The notes beneath the pieces are model-generated. The model worked only from the letters and a program-made list of their open reading frames with translations. It had not been told where the DNA came from and did not search any database. This document shows positions 15,275 to 22,608 of a stretch of 64,000 bases of DNA, one piece after another. How positions within the stretch are numbered: the first letter of the stretch is position 1; each line of letters starts with the position of its first letter. A program made the position numbers and the translations under genes. Origin of the DNA: an uncultured Gammaproteobacteria bacterium (GTDB taxonomy: Bacteria; Patescibacteriota; Microgenomatia; UBA8517); contig CAZIMC010000001.1 in the NCBI GenBank assembly GCA_964540475.1, positions 345,575 to 409,574 of the forward strand, in the 5' to 3' direction.

Positions 15275-17500
15275 ATGAAACATAATTTATATAAAAGAAT
15301 AATTGCAACATTATTAGCAATAGCCCTTATTGTTAATCAGATTGGAATTGCATATGCTAATGCCCAGACTGCTCCAACTCCGCCACCGCCACCCAGCGCG
15401 CCTACGCCCCCTCCAAGCCCAACATCTACTCCAACCCCTCCGCCACCGCCACCCAGCGTGACGCCTGTTCCCACCCCTACTCCTACGCCAGTTGGCACCC
15501 CAACACCCCCTCCTGCACCTACGTGGTCACCGACACCAACCCCCTCGCCCACACCAACCAACACAGCCACAAAGACACCTAAACCCAGTCCATCCCCTAC
15601 TTCTGAGCCTGTTACCTCAACTCAAACTACAACCGGCGGGGGAAATAGTGATGGCAATGTAGGTGCTACCAATGTCGAAACAGGAGATGCTAACAATATT
15701 GCAAATGTTGGGAGTGTTGCAAACACAAATACAGCAGTTGCAGGAGGAAGTGGTGGGAGTATAAATGTACTTAATGATCAAAATGGGCAGGAATCGGCCA
15801 ATAATTCATCAGCTAAAATAGTTACTGATACTAACCTCGATCAAACAAATAGCGCAAAGGTTATCAATAGCCTAGCACAAAACAGCACAACCGGGGAAAA
15901 TTCAGCCTCCAGGAATGTTGGGGATTCGACCATTACAACAGGTGATGCGAACACTACAGGAACGGTTGTAACTTCTGTTAATACTAATGTGGCTGGCATG
16001 ATGGTTTCCGAATTTAATATATTAGATGACCACGTTGGGGATATCATATTGGATTTTGGTGCCAACTGCGTTTCCGGGTGTTCTGGGGCTAACACTAACA
16101 TAGCAAATACTAATAACGGCTCAGCTTCAACAAATTCAGCAACTTTGGATTCAAATAGTGGCGAAGTTGTGTTTCAAAATAACGATGCTTCTGTAGAAAA
16201 TAATTTAGTACTTGAGTCAAACACTGGCGAAAATAGAACCGACAGAAACACGGCCGGGGATTCATCGATTGAAACCGGAGATGCAAACGTTTCTGCTAAT
16301 GTTATTACCTTTGCTAACAACAATATTATTGGTGATGTTATTTATGCGGCGGTAAACATATTCGGGAACCTGGTTGGGGATATTATTTTTCCGGATGGAA
16401 CGCTAATTCCTTGTTGCTTGGGAACCTCTACCGTAGCTAACACCAATAACGGCTCGGGGTCAAACAACACTTCAAATTTGACGCAAAACAATACTGGCGA
16501 TATCTACCAATTTAATAATGTCGACATTCAGAACAATTTAATATTTGATGCAAACACGGGAGGAAATGATATAAGTCGCAATACCAACGGTAATTCATCT
16601 GTTCAAACTGGAGAGTCTAATGTTTTGGCACAGGTAATAAATATTGCTAACAACAATCTTGTGGGCGGGGATTATTGGCTTGTAATTGTTAATGAAGCAG
16701 GTAAATGGGTTGGTAAAATATTGGGCGCGGACGGCAGCTTTATCGCAGGGTCTCCAATATTCGAATTTCTCGTTGGTACATCCGGGGAAGTGAATGTAGC
16801 CAATGCAGATAATGCTAGCGGTACAGAAAATGTTGCATCAGTAACTCAAAATAACAACTCCTCAGTAACACAACTTAATAATGCGCAAATTGTTAACAAT
16901 GTAAATCTTTCAGCGAACACCGGTGATAATTCTGCTAGTAGAAACACTGGGGGAAACAACTCAATAGTAACAGGAGACGCAACTATCATTGCCAATATAG
17001 TGAATTTTGTTAATAACAACATAGTAGGAGGAGGCAGGCTGTTTGTAACTGTTGTTAATGTATTTGGAAGCTGGGTAGGAGATTTTGTTGGTCCTGGCTT
17101 CAAAAAAGAAGTTAAAGATGCGGCCAGTAACCAAAATGATGTTAACGGTGTGGGGGGTATGAGCGAAGGAGACGATCAGGAAAAAAATGGTGATTCAAAT
17201 ACCAACACAGCTGGTGGATCAAAAGAATATACGCAGACAAATCAGACTGCATCCAACCTAAATAATCCTGTTGCCGATAAATTTTACAGTAAAGTTGCAG
17301 GTTTCAGTATTTTAAATTCTCAGGACGACACATTCGGCGGAGGCGGCTTATTACCAGGATCAGAACAGGCAGGCAAAAGAACGGTAAACATCAACCTTGC
17401 CTGGTTACTTCTAGGAGTAGTCCCGTTAGGTGTAGTTACTACTATTATTCGACGTAGACATATTATTCTTAAGTTGGTAAGTAGCAATAAAAAGGTATGA
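15275..17500 (+). CDS. Secreted Pro-rich-linker + Asn/Thr/Gly-rich repeat protein (paralog 2) with C-terminal hydrophobic segment and basic tail
   Basis: It is 741 aa with a signal peptide. The N-terminal linker is 'TAPTPPPPPSAPTPPPSPTSTPTPPPPPPSVTPVPTPTPTPVGTPTPPPAPTWSPTPTPSPTPT'. The repeats are 'ANTG.N.A.RNTG..S..TGDA' with inserted 'NNNI[IV]G(D/G)...V.N..G.WVG' segments. The C-terminus 'GGLLPGSEQAGKRTVNINLAWLLLGVVPLGVVTTIIRRRH' has a motif, TM and positive tail arranged like a cell-wall sorting signal. Confidence 0.8.
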   Translation: MKHNLYKRIIATLLAIALIVNQIGIAYANAQTAPTPPPPPSAPTPPPSPTSTPTPPPPPPSVTPVPTPTPTPVGTPTPPPAPTWSPTPTPSPTPTNTATKTPKPSPSPTSEPVTSTQTTTGGGNSDGNVGATNVETGDANNIANVGSVANTNTAVAGGSGGSINVLNDQNGQESANNSSAKIVTDTNLDQTNSAKVINSLAQNSTTGENSASRNVGDSTITTGDANTTGTVVTSVNTNVAGMMVSEFNILDDHVGDIILDFGANCVSGCSGANTNIANTNNGSASTNSATLDSNSGEVVFQNNDASVENNLVLESNTGENRTDRNTAGDSSIETGDANVSANVITFANNNIIGDVIYAAVNIFGNLVGDIIFPDGTLIPCCLGTSTVANTNNGSGSNNTSNLTQNNTGDIYQFNNVDIQNNLIFDANTGGNDISRNTNGNSSVQTGESNVLAQVINIANNNLVGGDYWLVIVNEAGKWVGKILGADGSFIAGSPIFEFLVGTSGEVNVANADNASGTENVASVTQNNNSSVTQLNNAQIVNNVNLSANTGDNSASRNTGGNNSIVTGDATIIANIVNFVNNNIVGGGRLFVTVVNVFGSWVGDFVGPGFKKEVKDAASNQNDVNGVGGMSEGDDQEKNGDSNTNTAGGSKEYTQTNQTASNLNNPVADKFYSKVAGFSILNSQDDTFGGGGLLPGSEQAGKRTVNINLAWLLLGVVPLGVVTTIIRRRHIILKLVSSNKKV

Positions 17501-18627
17501 TGAAAAAAATCAAACAAATTTTTATGCTGCTGACCATTTCCTCGTCTCTTTTTCATTCTTCTGCATTGTGGGTAGCTGCACAAGAGTTGGTAATTTCCGG
17601 CAATGGTGCGGGTGCGGGCAGCGAGGTCGCTATTCAATCTAATTCAACTACTACTATTTCGCAGAGCAATTCTGGCGAAGTTGTCAATACGGTGGACACC
17701 CAGGCCAATACCGGGGGTAACGAAACTAGTGGTAACAGTGGAGACGTTGCAATACAAACAGGCGATATTGAAAGTTTCACTAAGATTCAGACTAGTTTGA
17801 ACCACTCATCCGTAGTTAATGAGTGCTGTAATGGACCAGAGATAAAAATTGAGGTTAACGAAAACGGTTCAGATTCAACAAATAACGTTTCTGTTACATC
17901 AAACAATCAAACAACCATTACAGTAAATCAAAATGCTACAGTGGGCAATAACGTTTCAGGCACGGCTAATACTGGACATAATACAGCCAATAATAATGGT
18001 GGAAATATTTATATTGGTACAGGTGATATAAAAGCTAAGTCGGTAGTTAAAACTGGTCCAGTAAACTATGTACAAATTCAAGGAGGGTTAAATGGGAGTG
18101 GTCTCAATATTGATGTATCTAATAATGGGGACTCTTCCAACAACCTGGTTACTCTCTTGTTAAATGACCTGGCTAATATAAATGTAAACCATAGTGCTAA
18201 CATCTATAACAAGCTAGATTGGGATCTAAATACTGGTAATAATGTCGCCAATGGAAACAATTGGGATGTAATGATTAAAACCGGCGACATTTTATTAGAT
18301 TTGTTGATCGAGAACGGACCGGTCAATGTTGGTGGAATAACCTGGGGTTGCTGTGATGGAGGCACACCCGATGGACCAGATGATCCCAGTGATCCCGACA
18401 ACGAAGGAAACCCGCCCAAAGGAAGTGGTGGGGGATCTCAAAATGGAGCTTCAATAAGTGAAATATTGGGAATTGGTCAAGGTCCGGCAGTACTTGGTTT
18501 GTCGGCAACGGGAGGTCTGTTTGACGCACCCGTTTACTTCTGGTTGGGTATGTTTCTTATTACCTACGGATTTAAACTACTAGGTGAGAACTTGCCCCGT
18601 ATCCGCTTCGTAAAAAATGGCAATTGA
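17497..18627 (+). CDS. Secreted Asn/Thr/Gly-rich repeat protein (paralog 3), C-terminal TM
   Basis: An ATGA start/stop overlap joins it to the upstream paralog. Its signal peptide is 'MMKKIKQIFMLLTISSSLFHSSALWVAA'. The repeats are 'SGNGAGAGSEV...ANTGGNETSGNSGDVAIQTGD' with CC pairs 'NECCNGPE' and 'WGCCDGG'. The C-terminus is '...LSATGGLFDAPVYFWLGMFLITYGFKLLGENLPRIRF'. Confidence 0.8.
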   Translation: MMKKIKQIFMLLTISSSLFHSSALWVAAQELVISGNGAGAGSEVAIQSNSTTTISQSNSGEVVNTVDTQANTGGNETSGNSGDVAIQTGDIESFTKIQTSLNHSSVVNECCNGPEIKIEVNENGSDSTNNVSVTSNNQTTITVNQNATVGNNVSGTANTGHNTANNNGGNIYIGTGDIKAKSVVKTGPVNYVQIQGGLNGSGLNIDVSNNGDSSNNLVTLLLNDLANINVNHSANIYNKLDWDLNTGNNVANGNNWDVMIKTGDILLDLLIENGPVNVGGITWGCCDGGTPDGPDDPSDPDNEGNPPKGSGGGSQNGASISEILGIGQGPAVLGLSATGGLFDAPVYFWLGMFLITYGFKLLGENLPRIRFVKNGN

Positions 18628-19168
18628 AAAGACCACTAGGGAGAAACTTGGTTTGGCTATATCGCTAATTGTATTGGGCGTACTATTTATATGGAATAGG
18701 ACACCTTCCACTGTCGCCTCTGACACTTTCAAGAATGAACCAGTTAAAGTTCAGGGCTTTGACACACAGAATGCAGAGGGAGACTTGCCTACGAGGGTCG
18801 TTATTCCTGGCCTGGGCATAGATTTACCAGTCGAAAGAGCAAAAATTATAGACGGATATTGGGAAGTATTTGAAGATACGGCAGCTTGGGGAGAGGATTC
18901 TGGGTTACCGGGTAAGCCGGGAAATCAGGTGGTTTTTGCTCACGCCAGAGAGGGTTTATTTTTACCCCTTAAAGACGTCTCTGAGGGGGAAGTTATTTAT
19001 ATTTTGACAAATAGTGATTGGTATTCATATAAGGTGGCTGAAATAAAAGAAGTACTCCCAAATCAGACAGAGGTAATTGCACCCACCCTTGATGAAACGC
19101 TTACACTTTATACTTGTTCTGGGTTTAACGACAGTAAGAGACTTATTGTCATAGCTAAGAGAGTCTAA
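18617..19168 (+). CDS. Sortase (transpeptidase) family protein
   Basis: This 183-aa ORF overlaps the 3' end of paralog 3 by 11 nt. It has an N-terminal TM 'LGLAISLIVLGVLFIW', a conserved His in 'VVFAHAREG', the catalytic 'LTLYTCSG' (TLxTC) motif and a downstream Arg ('SKRLIVIAKR'). Confidence 0.8.
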   Translation: MAIEKTTREKLGLAISLIVLGVLFIWNRTPSTVASDTFKNEPVKVQGFDTQNAEGDLPTRVVIPGLGIDLPVERAKIIDGYWEVFEDTAAWGEDSGLPGKPGNQVVFAHAREGLFLPLKDVSEGEVIYILTNSDWYSYKVAEIKEVLPNQTEVIAPTLDETLTLYTCSGFNDSKRLIVIAKRV

Positions 19169-19176
19169 AACTACAA

Positions 19177-19207
19177 GGGGGATCTTTGGTCTACTCAAAG
19201 ATCCCCC
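19177..19207. terminator. Bidirectional hairpin terminator between the convergent sortase and minus-strand repeat-protein genes
   Basis: A perfect 12-bp inverted repeat 'gggggatctttg'/'caaagatccccc' flanks a 7-nt loop. It lies 8 nt after the sortase stop and 17 nt after the minus-gene stop. A T-rich tract on the minus-strand side (complement of 'acaaaa'). Confidence 0.5.
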
Positions 19208-19223
19208 ACAAAATAGTGGGTTG

Positions 19224-19820
19224 TTAGTTGAGAACGTTTTCTCCACCAACGACTTCCACACCGACATTTGTTTCAGACTCGTCGGTTGTTAGATCTACAG
19301 TTCCGCCAACATTGTTGTTGGCTTTGTTTTTACCAGTTAAGCTTTTGAATAAAGCGGATAAGCCGACACTTACTTTAGATTTTTGCTTGATGTCTAGTTT
19401 GGTTTTACTTTTGACATCAATTTTATTAGTAGTGCTATTGCCGTTTCCGACAATACTTAAAGCGTTATTTTCCTGGTCCTCGCAGCAGCAGTCAGGAGTG
19501 GTAGCTGTATTCGACCCTCCCGAGACCAACACTCCGATCGAGGTTGCAGCAGCGCCAGTTCCGATGCTTACGCCACTTCCAACATTGGAATTTGCGGTAT
19601 TGCCGCCAGTGTTTGATACAGCCGTTATTCCCACACCCACGCTTGCGTTTGAGTTTTGGGTTAGCTTTGTAGTACACTTGGTGTTTACCAATATTTTATT
19701 ATTGGAATTATTTCCATTCTCACCGATTGTCAAATCGTCAGCAGAAACGGATGTAACCAAAAGTGATAAGGTTAGGAGTGCAGTGCCTGTTCCGGCAAAC
19801 ACTTTTGCTAGTTTATTCAT
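19224..19820 (-). CDS. Secreted Asn/Thr/Gly-rich repeat protein (paralog 4, short)
   Basis: This 198-aa ORF has the signal peptide 'MNKLAKVFAGTGTALLTLSLLVTSVSA', repeats 'SNTGGNTANSNVGSGVSIGTG' and a Cys cluster 'PDCCCEDQ'. Its SD 'aaaggaggtga' and upstream 15-mer are the same as in the + strand operon. A fully overlapping + strand ORF (19228-19824) is judged a shadow ORF. Confidence 0.75.
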   Translation of the reverse strand: MNKLAKVFAGTGTALLTLSLLVTSVSADDLTIGENGNNSNNKILVNTKCTTKLTQNSNASVGVGITAVSNTGGNTANSNVGSGVSIGTGAAATSIGVLVSGGSNTATTPDCCCEDQENNALSIVGNGNSTTNKIDVKSKTKLDIKQKSKVSVGLSALFKSLTGKNKANNNVGGTVDLTTDESETNVGVEVVGGENVLN

Positions 19821-19939
19821 TTAAATCACCTCCTTTCTGGCAAGTTTATTAATTTGAAGTGACAAATTGATCTCTTGTTGAATCGACAAGAAGTGACTCG
19901 AGACGTACCTAGTAGACAGATATATCTTCTTCATAAAAA

Positions 19940-19954
19940 CCTCCGTTTGCGGTC
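19940..19954 (-). promoter_or_regulatory. Second copy of the leader motif GACCGCAAACGGAGG (minus-strand orientation)
   Basis: The + strand reads 'cctccgtttgcggtc', whose reverse complement is gaccgcaaacggagg followed by ttttt. It lies about 120 nt upstream of the minus-strand start codon at 19820, matching the ~121-nt spacing in the + strand leader. Confidence 0.4.
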
Positions 19955-20060
19955 GGTTTGTAAAATGTAAAGACAGTGTAGCAGACTTAAAAGCGTGAGC
20001 GTCAACTGCATCTTATTTGTTAAAAATGTATACAAATGTAATTGTTAAACTAAGGCGGAA

Positions 20061-20089
20061 TTGATTTAGATATGTTAAAAGGCTAATAT
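20061..20089 (+). promoter_or_regulatory. Sigma70-like promoter candidate (TTGATT-N17-TAATAT) for the CAP-domain gene
   Basis: TTGATT lies at 20061-20066 and TAATAT at 20084-20089 with a 17-nt spacer. The SD 'aggaa' lies 5-9 nt before ATG 20102. Confidence 0.3.
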
Positions 20090-20101
20090 GTTTAGGAACG
20101 A

Positions 20102-21061
20102 ATGCTACATAATCTGTCCCATCTTTTTATTCCCAGAGAGAGCAATAACTATAAAGCCAAGTTGCTACACCACAGTGGTATTTTAGTGCTAATTTCCCTT
20201 TTAATTACGTTTCAAGGTTTTGTAAACTTGTTACCTAAAATTAGCCCCAGCGTTTTAGGTTATGCTGCAAATATTTCACCTGATGATGTAGTAAGGTTAA
20301 CCAACGAAAAGCGTATACAAGCAGGACTTTCCCCATTATCGCATAATTCTGTATTATCAAGTGCAGCGCAAGCAAAAGCGGTGCATATGATTGAAAATGA
20401 TTATTGGGCACACGTGGCCCCAGATGGCACTCAGCCATGGAAATTCTTTACTGACTTTAGTTATAAATATAAATACGCCGGAGAGAATTTGGCTCGTGAT
20501 TTTTCAAATCCTAATTCTGCGGTTGAGGCTTGGATGAATTCACCAACCCACAGAGACAACATGCTATCCTCCAAATATCGAGAAATAGGGATCGGCGTTG
20601 TGGAAGGTGATCTTAACGGAGTTGATACGACCATTATTGTTCAGTTTTTTGGAACTAATTACGCAGATTCGCTTCCACCTGCACCTGTTGCCCAAGTTCA
20701 GAATGTTGCCAATATTGCTTCGCCCGCCCCCACTTTGCAGCCAACATCAACACCCACCTTAACACCTACTCCCACCCCCGCTCCCATCTCTAGTTCAACA
20801 CCTTTCGTAGAAGTTATCACAACCCCTGTGCCACAAACCGCTGTATTGGAAGATCAGCGGGTGTTAATTTCTCCATTTGTAACTTCGAAAGGCGTATCCT
20901 TAAGTATAGTGGGTATACTATTGCTAGTTTTAGTTGTTGATGGAGTTGTGGTGTCAAGGCGGCGAATTGCAAGAATTGGCGGACGAACATTTGCTCACCT
21001 GGCTTTCCTGGGTATGATCCTAACAATTGCTGTAATACTTAAAGCAGGGAGGGTCATATGA
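20102..21061 (+). CDS. CAP/SCP/PR-1 superfamily domain protein with Pro/Thr linker and C-terminal TM
   Basis: The CAP-domain blocks are 'AAQAKAVHMIENDYWAHVAPDG', 'YAGENLARDFSNPNSAVEAWMNSPTHRDNMLSSKYREIGIGVV'. They are followed by the linker 'PTSTPTLTPTPTPAPISSSTP' and a TM 'LSIVGILLLVLVVDGVVV'. Confidence 0.7.
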   Translation: MLHNLSHLFIPRESNNYKAKLLHHSGILVLISLLITFQGFVNLLPKISPSVLGYAANISPDDVVRLTNEKRIQAGLSPLSHNSVLSSAAQAKAVHMIENDYWAHVAPDGTQPWKFFTDFSYKYKYAGENLARDFSNPNSAVEAWMNSPTHRDNMLSSKYREIGIGVVEGDLNGVDTTIIVQFFGTNYADSLPPAPVAQVQNVANIASPAPTLQPTSTPTLTPTPTPAPISSSTPFVEVITTPVPQTAVLEDQRVLISPFVTSKGVSLSIVGILLLVLVVDGVVVSRRRIARIGGRTFAHLAFLGMILTIAVILKAGRVI

Positions 21062-21318
21062 AGCATTTTGTTAAACACGCCCCGCATTACTTAAGCTTGA
21101 TTGCTGTAATTACGCTTGGTTTGGTGGGATTTATGGTTTTTAAATATGACAGGGCTGTTCAAACGGCCGCAATTGTTGCCACAGCGGTTTCTTATGTGAT
21201 ATGGGGAGTAGTGCATCATTATATTCACAAGAATTTGTATCTTATAGTCATAATTGAGTATGTTTTAGTGGCAATTGTTGGACTGATAATTGTCTTCTCA
21301 CTGGTTCTTCAAACCTAG
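21058..21318 (+). CDS. Small hypothetical membrane protein (2 TM)
   Basis: This 86-aa ORF overlaps the upstream stop (ATGA) and has two hydrophobic helices. I recognise no family. Confidence 0.35.
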   Translation: MKHFVKHAPHYLSLIAVITLGLVGFMVFKYDRAVQTAAIVATAVSYVIWGVVHHYIHKNLYLIVIIEYVLVAIVGLIIVFSLVLQT

Positions 21319-21324
21319 AATTGA

Positions 21325-21867
21325 TTGAGTGTGTTTGCTCAAAAGGAGTATAATTATTGCCGTACTATGGGAAAAACTGAATCTAAATTTACAAGTCCCA
21401 CCAGCGGACCTCTTTCCTTGCCGGAATTGGTAGGGGAGGTTTCTGCGTTTGTTGGCAAAGAACCTAGCAAATTCTACAGTTTGGTTATAGGGACTGACTC
21501 TCAGGCCAAAAGAATAAATGGCAAGGCTGAAATTGATTTTGTCACGGCAATAATTGTCCACCGAAAAGGCAGAGGCGCTAGATATTTTTGGAAAAAAGAG
21601 AAACACATAAGAGTACCGGTTCTTCGCGAGAAAATATATACAGAAACATTAATGTCACTTCAAACGGCCCAAGAATTAGTTCCCCTGCTTAGGTCGGCAA
21701 TATCGCCTGCTAAATACGATCTTGAAATACACATAGATGTAGGACCTCTAGGGCCTACTCGTGAGATGATCCGGGAAGTTGTTGGAATGGTAAACGGTAA
21801 TGGGTTTGTCGCCAAGACAAAGCCTGATAGTTGGGGTGCGTCTTCAGTTGCAGACAAGCATGCATAA
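21325..21867 (+). CDS. Hypothetical protein, possibly DUF458/YkuK-like RNase H-fold
   Basis: The ORF runs from a TTG at 21325. The first ATG is at 21367 (MGKTESKF...) and is preceded by a TATAAT hexamer at 21351-21356, so the transcript is possibly leaderless. The family assignment is weak, resting on motif 'LVIGTDSQ...IDFVTAIIVHRKGRGARYFW'. Confidence 0.3.
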   Translation: MSVFAQKEYNYCRTMGKTESKFTSPTSGPLSLPELVGEVSAFVGKEPSKFYSLVIGTDSQAKRINGKAEIDFVTAIIVHRKGRGARYFWKKEKHIRVPVLREKIYTETLMSLQTAQELVPLLRSAISPAKYDLEIHIDVGPLGPTREMIREVVGMVNGNGFVAKTKPDSWGASSVADKHA

Positions 21868-21882
21868 TGTTATATTGCTTGC

Positions 21883-22608
21883 ATGAAAGGTGTAGTATTG
21901 GCCGGGGGTTTGGGAACAAGGCTTTACCCGCTCACTCATGCAACCAACAAGCACCTCCTTCCAGTTTATGATCAGCCAATGGTTTACTATCCCTTGCAGA
22001 CTCTTGTAAGGGCAGGCATAAAAGATGTAATGGTTGTTACTGGTGGACCCCATGCAGGTCACTTTATAAGAGTGTTAAAAAATGGAGACATAATTGGTTT
22101 ACGAACCCTACACTATGCCTATCAGGAAAAAGAGGGCGGGATAGCCCAAGCCCTGGGCCTAACTGAGAATTTTTCTGACGGGGAAGCAGTTTGTGTAATA
22201 TTGGGAGACAATTGCACTGATGCAGACATATCTCAGGAGGTGCAAAACTTTAAACGCGGTGCACACATCTTTTTAAAGGAGGTTGGCGATCCGCAGCGAT
22301 TTGGTGTACCGACGTTCAACGAGAAAGGCTCTGTAATATCTTTAACAGAAAAGCCAACTGAACCAGCTTCCAATTTTGCTGTAACTGGTTTATATCTCTA
22401 TGATTCAACAGTTTATCAAGTGATAAAAGGGCTTAAGCCTTCTGGCAGAGGGGAACTTGAAATTACTGACGTAAATAACGAATACATTAGGCAGGGGTTA
22501 TTAACACATAGTCAATTACAGGGATACTGGAGGGATGCAGGGACTTTTGAAGCATTGCAGGAAGTTGGATATTATTGGTATCAAAAAAGGGGGGCAGAAA
22601 GAAGATGA
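21883..22608 (+). CDS. rfbA: Glucose-1-phosphate thymidylyltransferase
   Basis: It has the N-terminus 'MKGVVLAGGLGTRLYPLTHATNKHLLPVYDQPMVYYPL', the nucleotidyltransferase G-x-G-T-R motif, and the operon context of the dTDP-rhamnose genes. Confidence 0.8.
   Translation: MKGVVLAGGLGTRLYPLTHATNKHLLPVYDQPMVYYPLQTLVRAGIKDVMVVTGGPHAGHFIRVLKNGDIIGLRTLHYAYQEKEGGIAQALGLTENFSDGEAVCVILGDNCTDADISQEVQNFKRGAHIFLKEVGDPQRFGVPTFNEKGSVISLTEKPTEPASNFAVTGLYLYDSTVYQVIKGLKPSGRGELEITDVNNEYIRQGLLTHSQLQGYWRDAGTFEALQEVGYYWYQKRGAERR

Noticed and set aside
13871-18627. Calling the repeat proteins curli (CsgA/CsgB) homologs
   Set aside because: Only the general 'G-x-N-x-A' flavour is shared. The repeat length (~80 aa versus ~22 aa) and consensus differ. 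No csgEFG-like secretion genes are present, and a sortase is linked instead.
19228-19824. 198-aa + strand ORF exactly antiparallel to the minus-strand repeat-protein gene
   Set aside because: It is a shadow ORF. The minus-strand frame has a signal peptide, the family repeats, the conserved SD and the leader motif. The + frame is low-complexity (Val/Leu/Pro-rich) with no SD.
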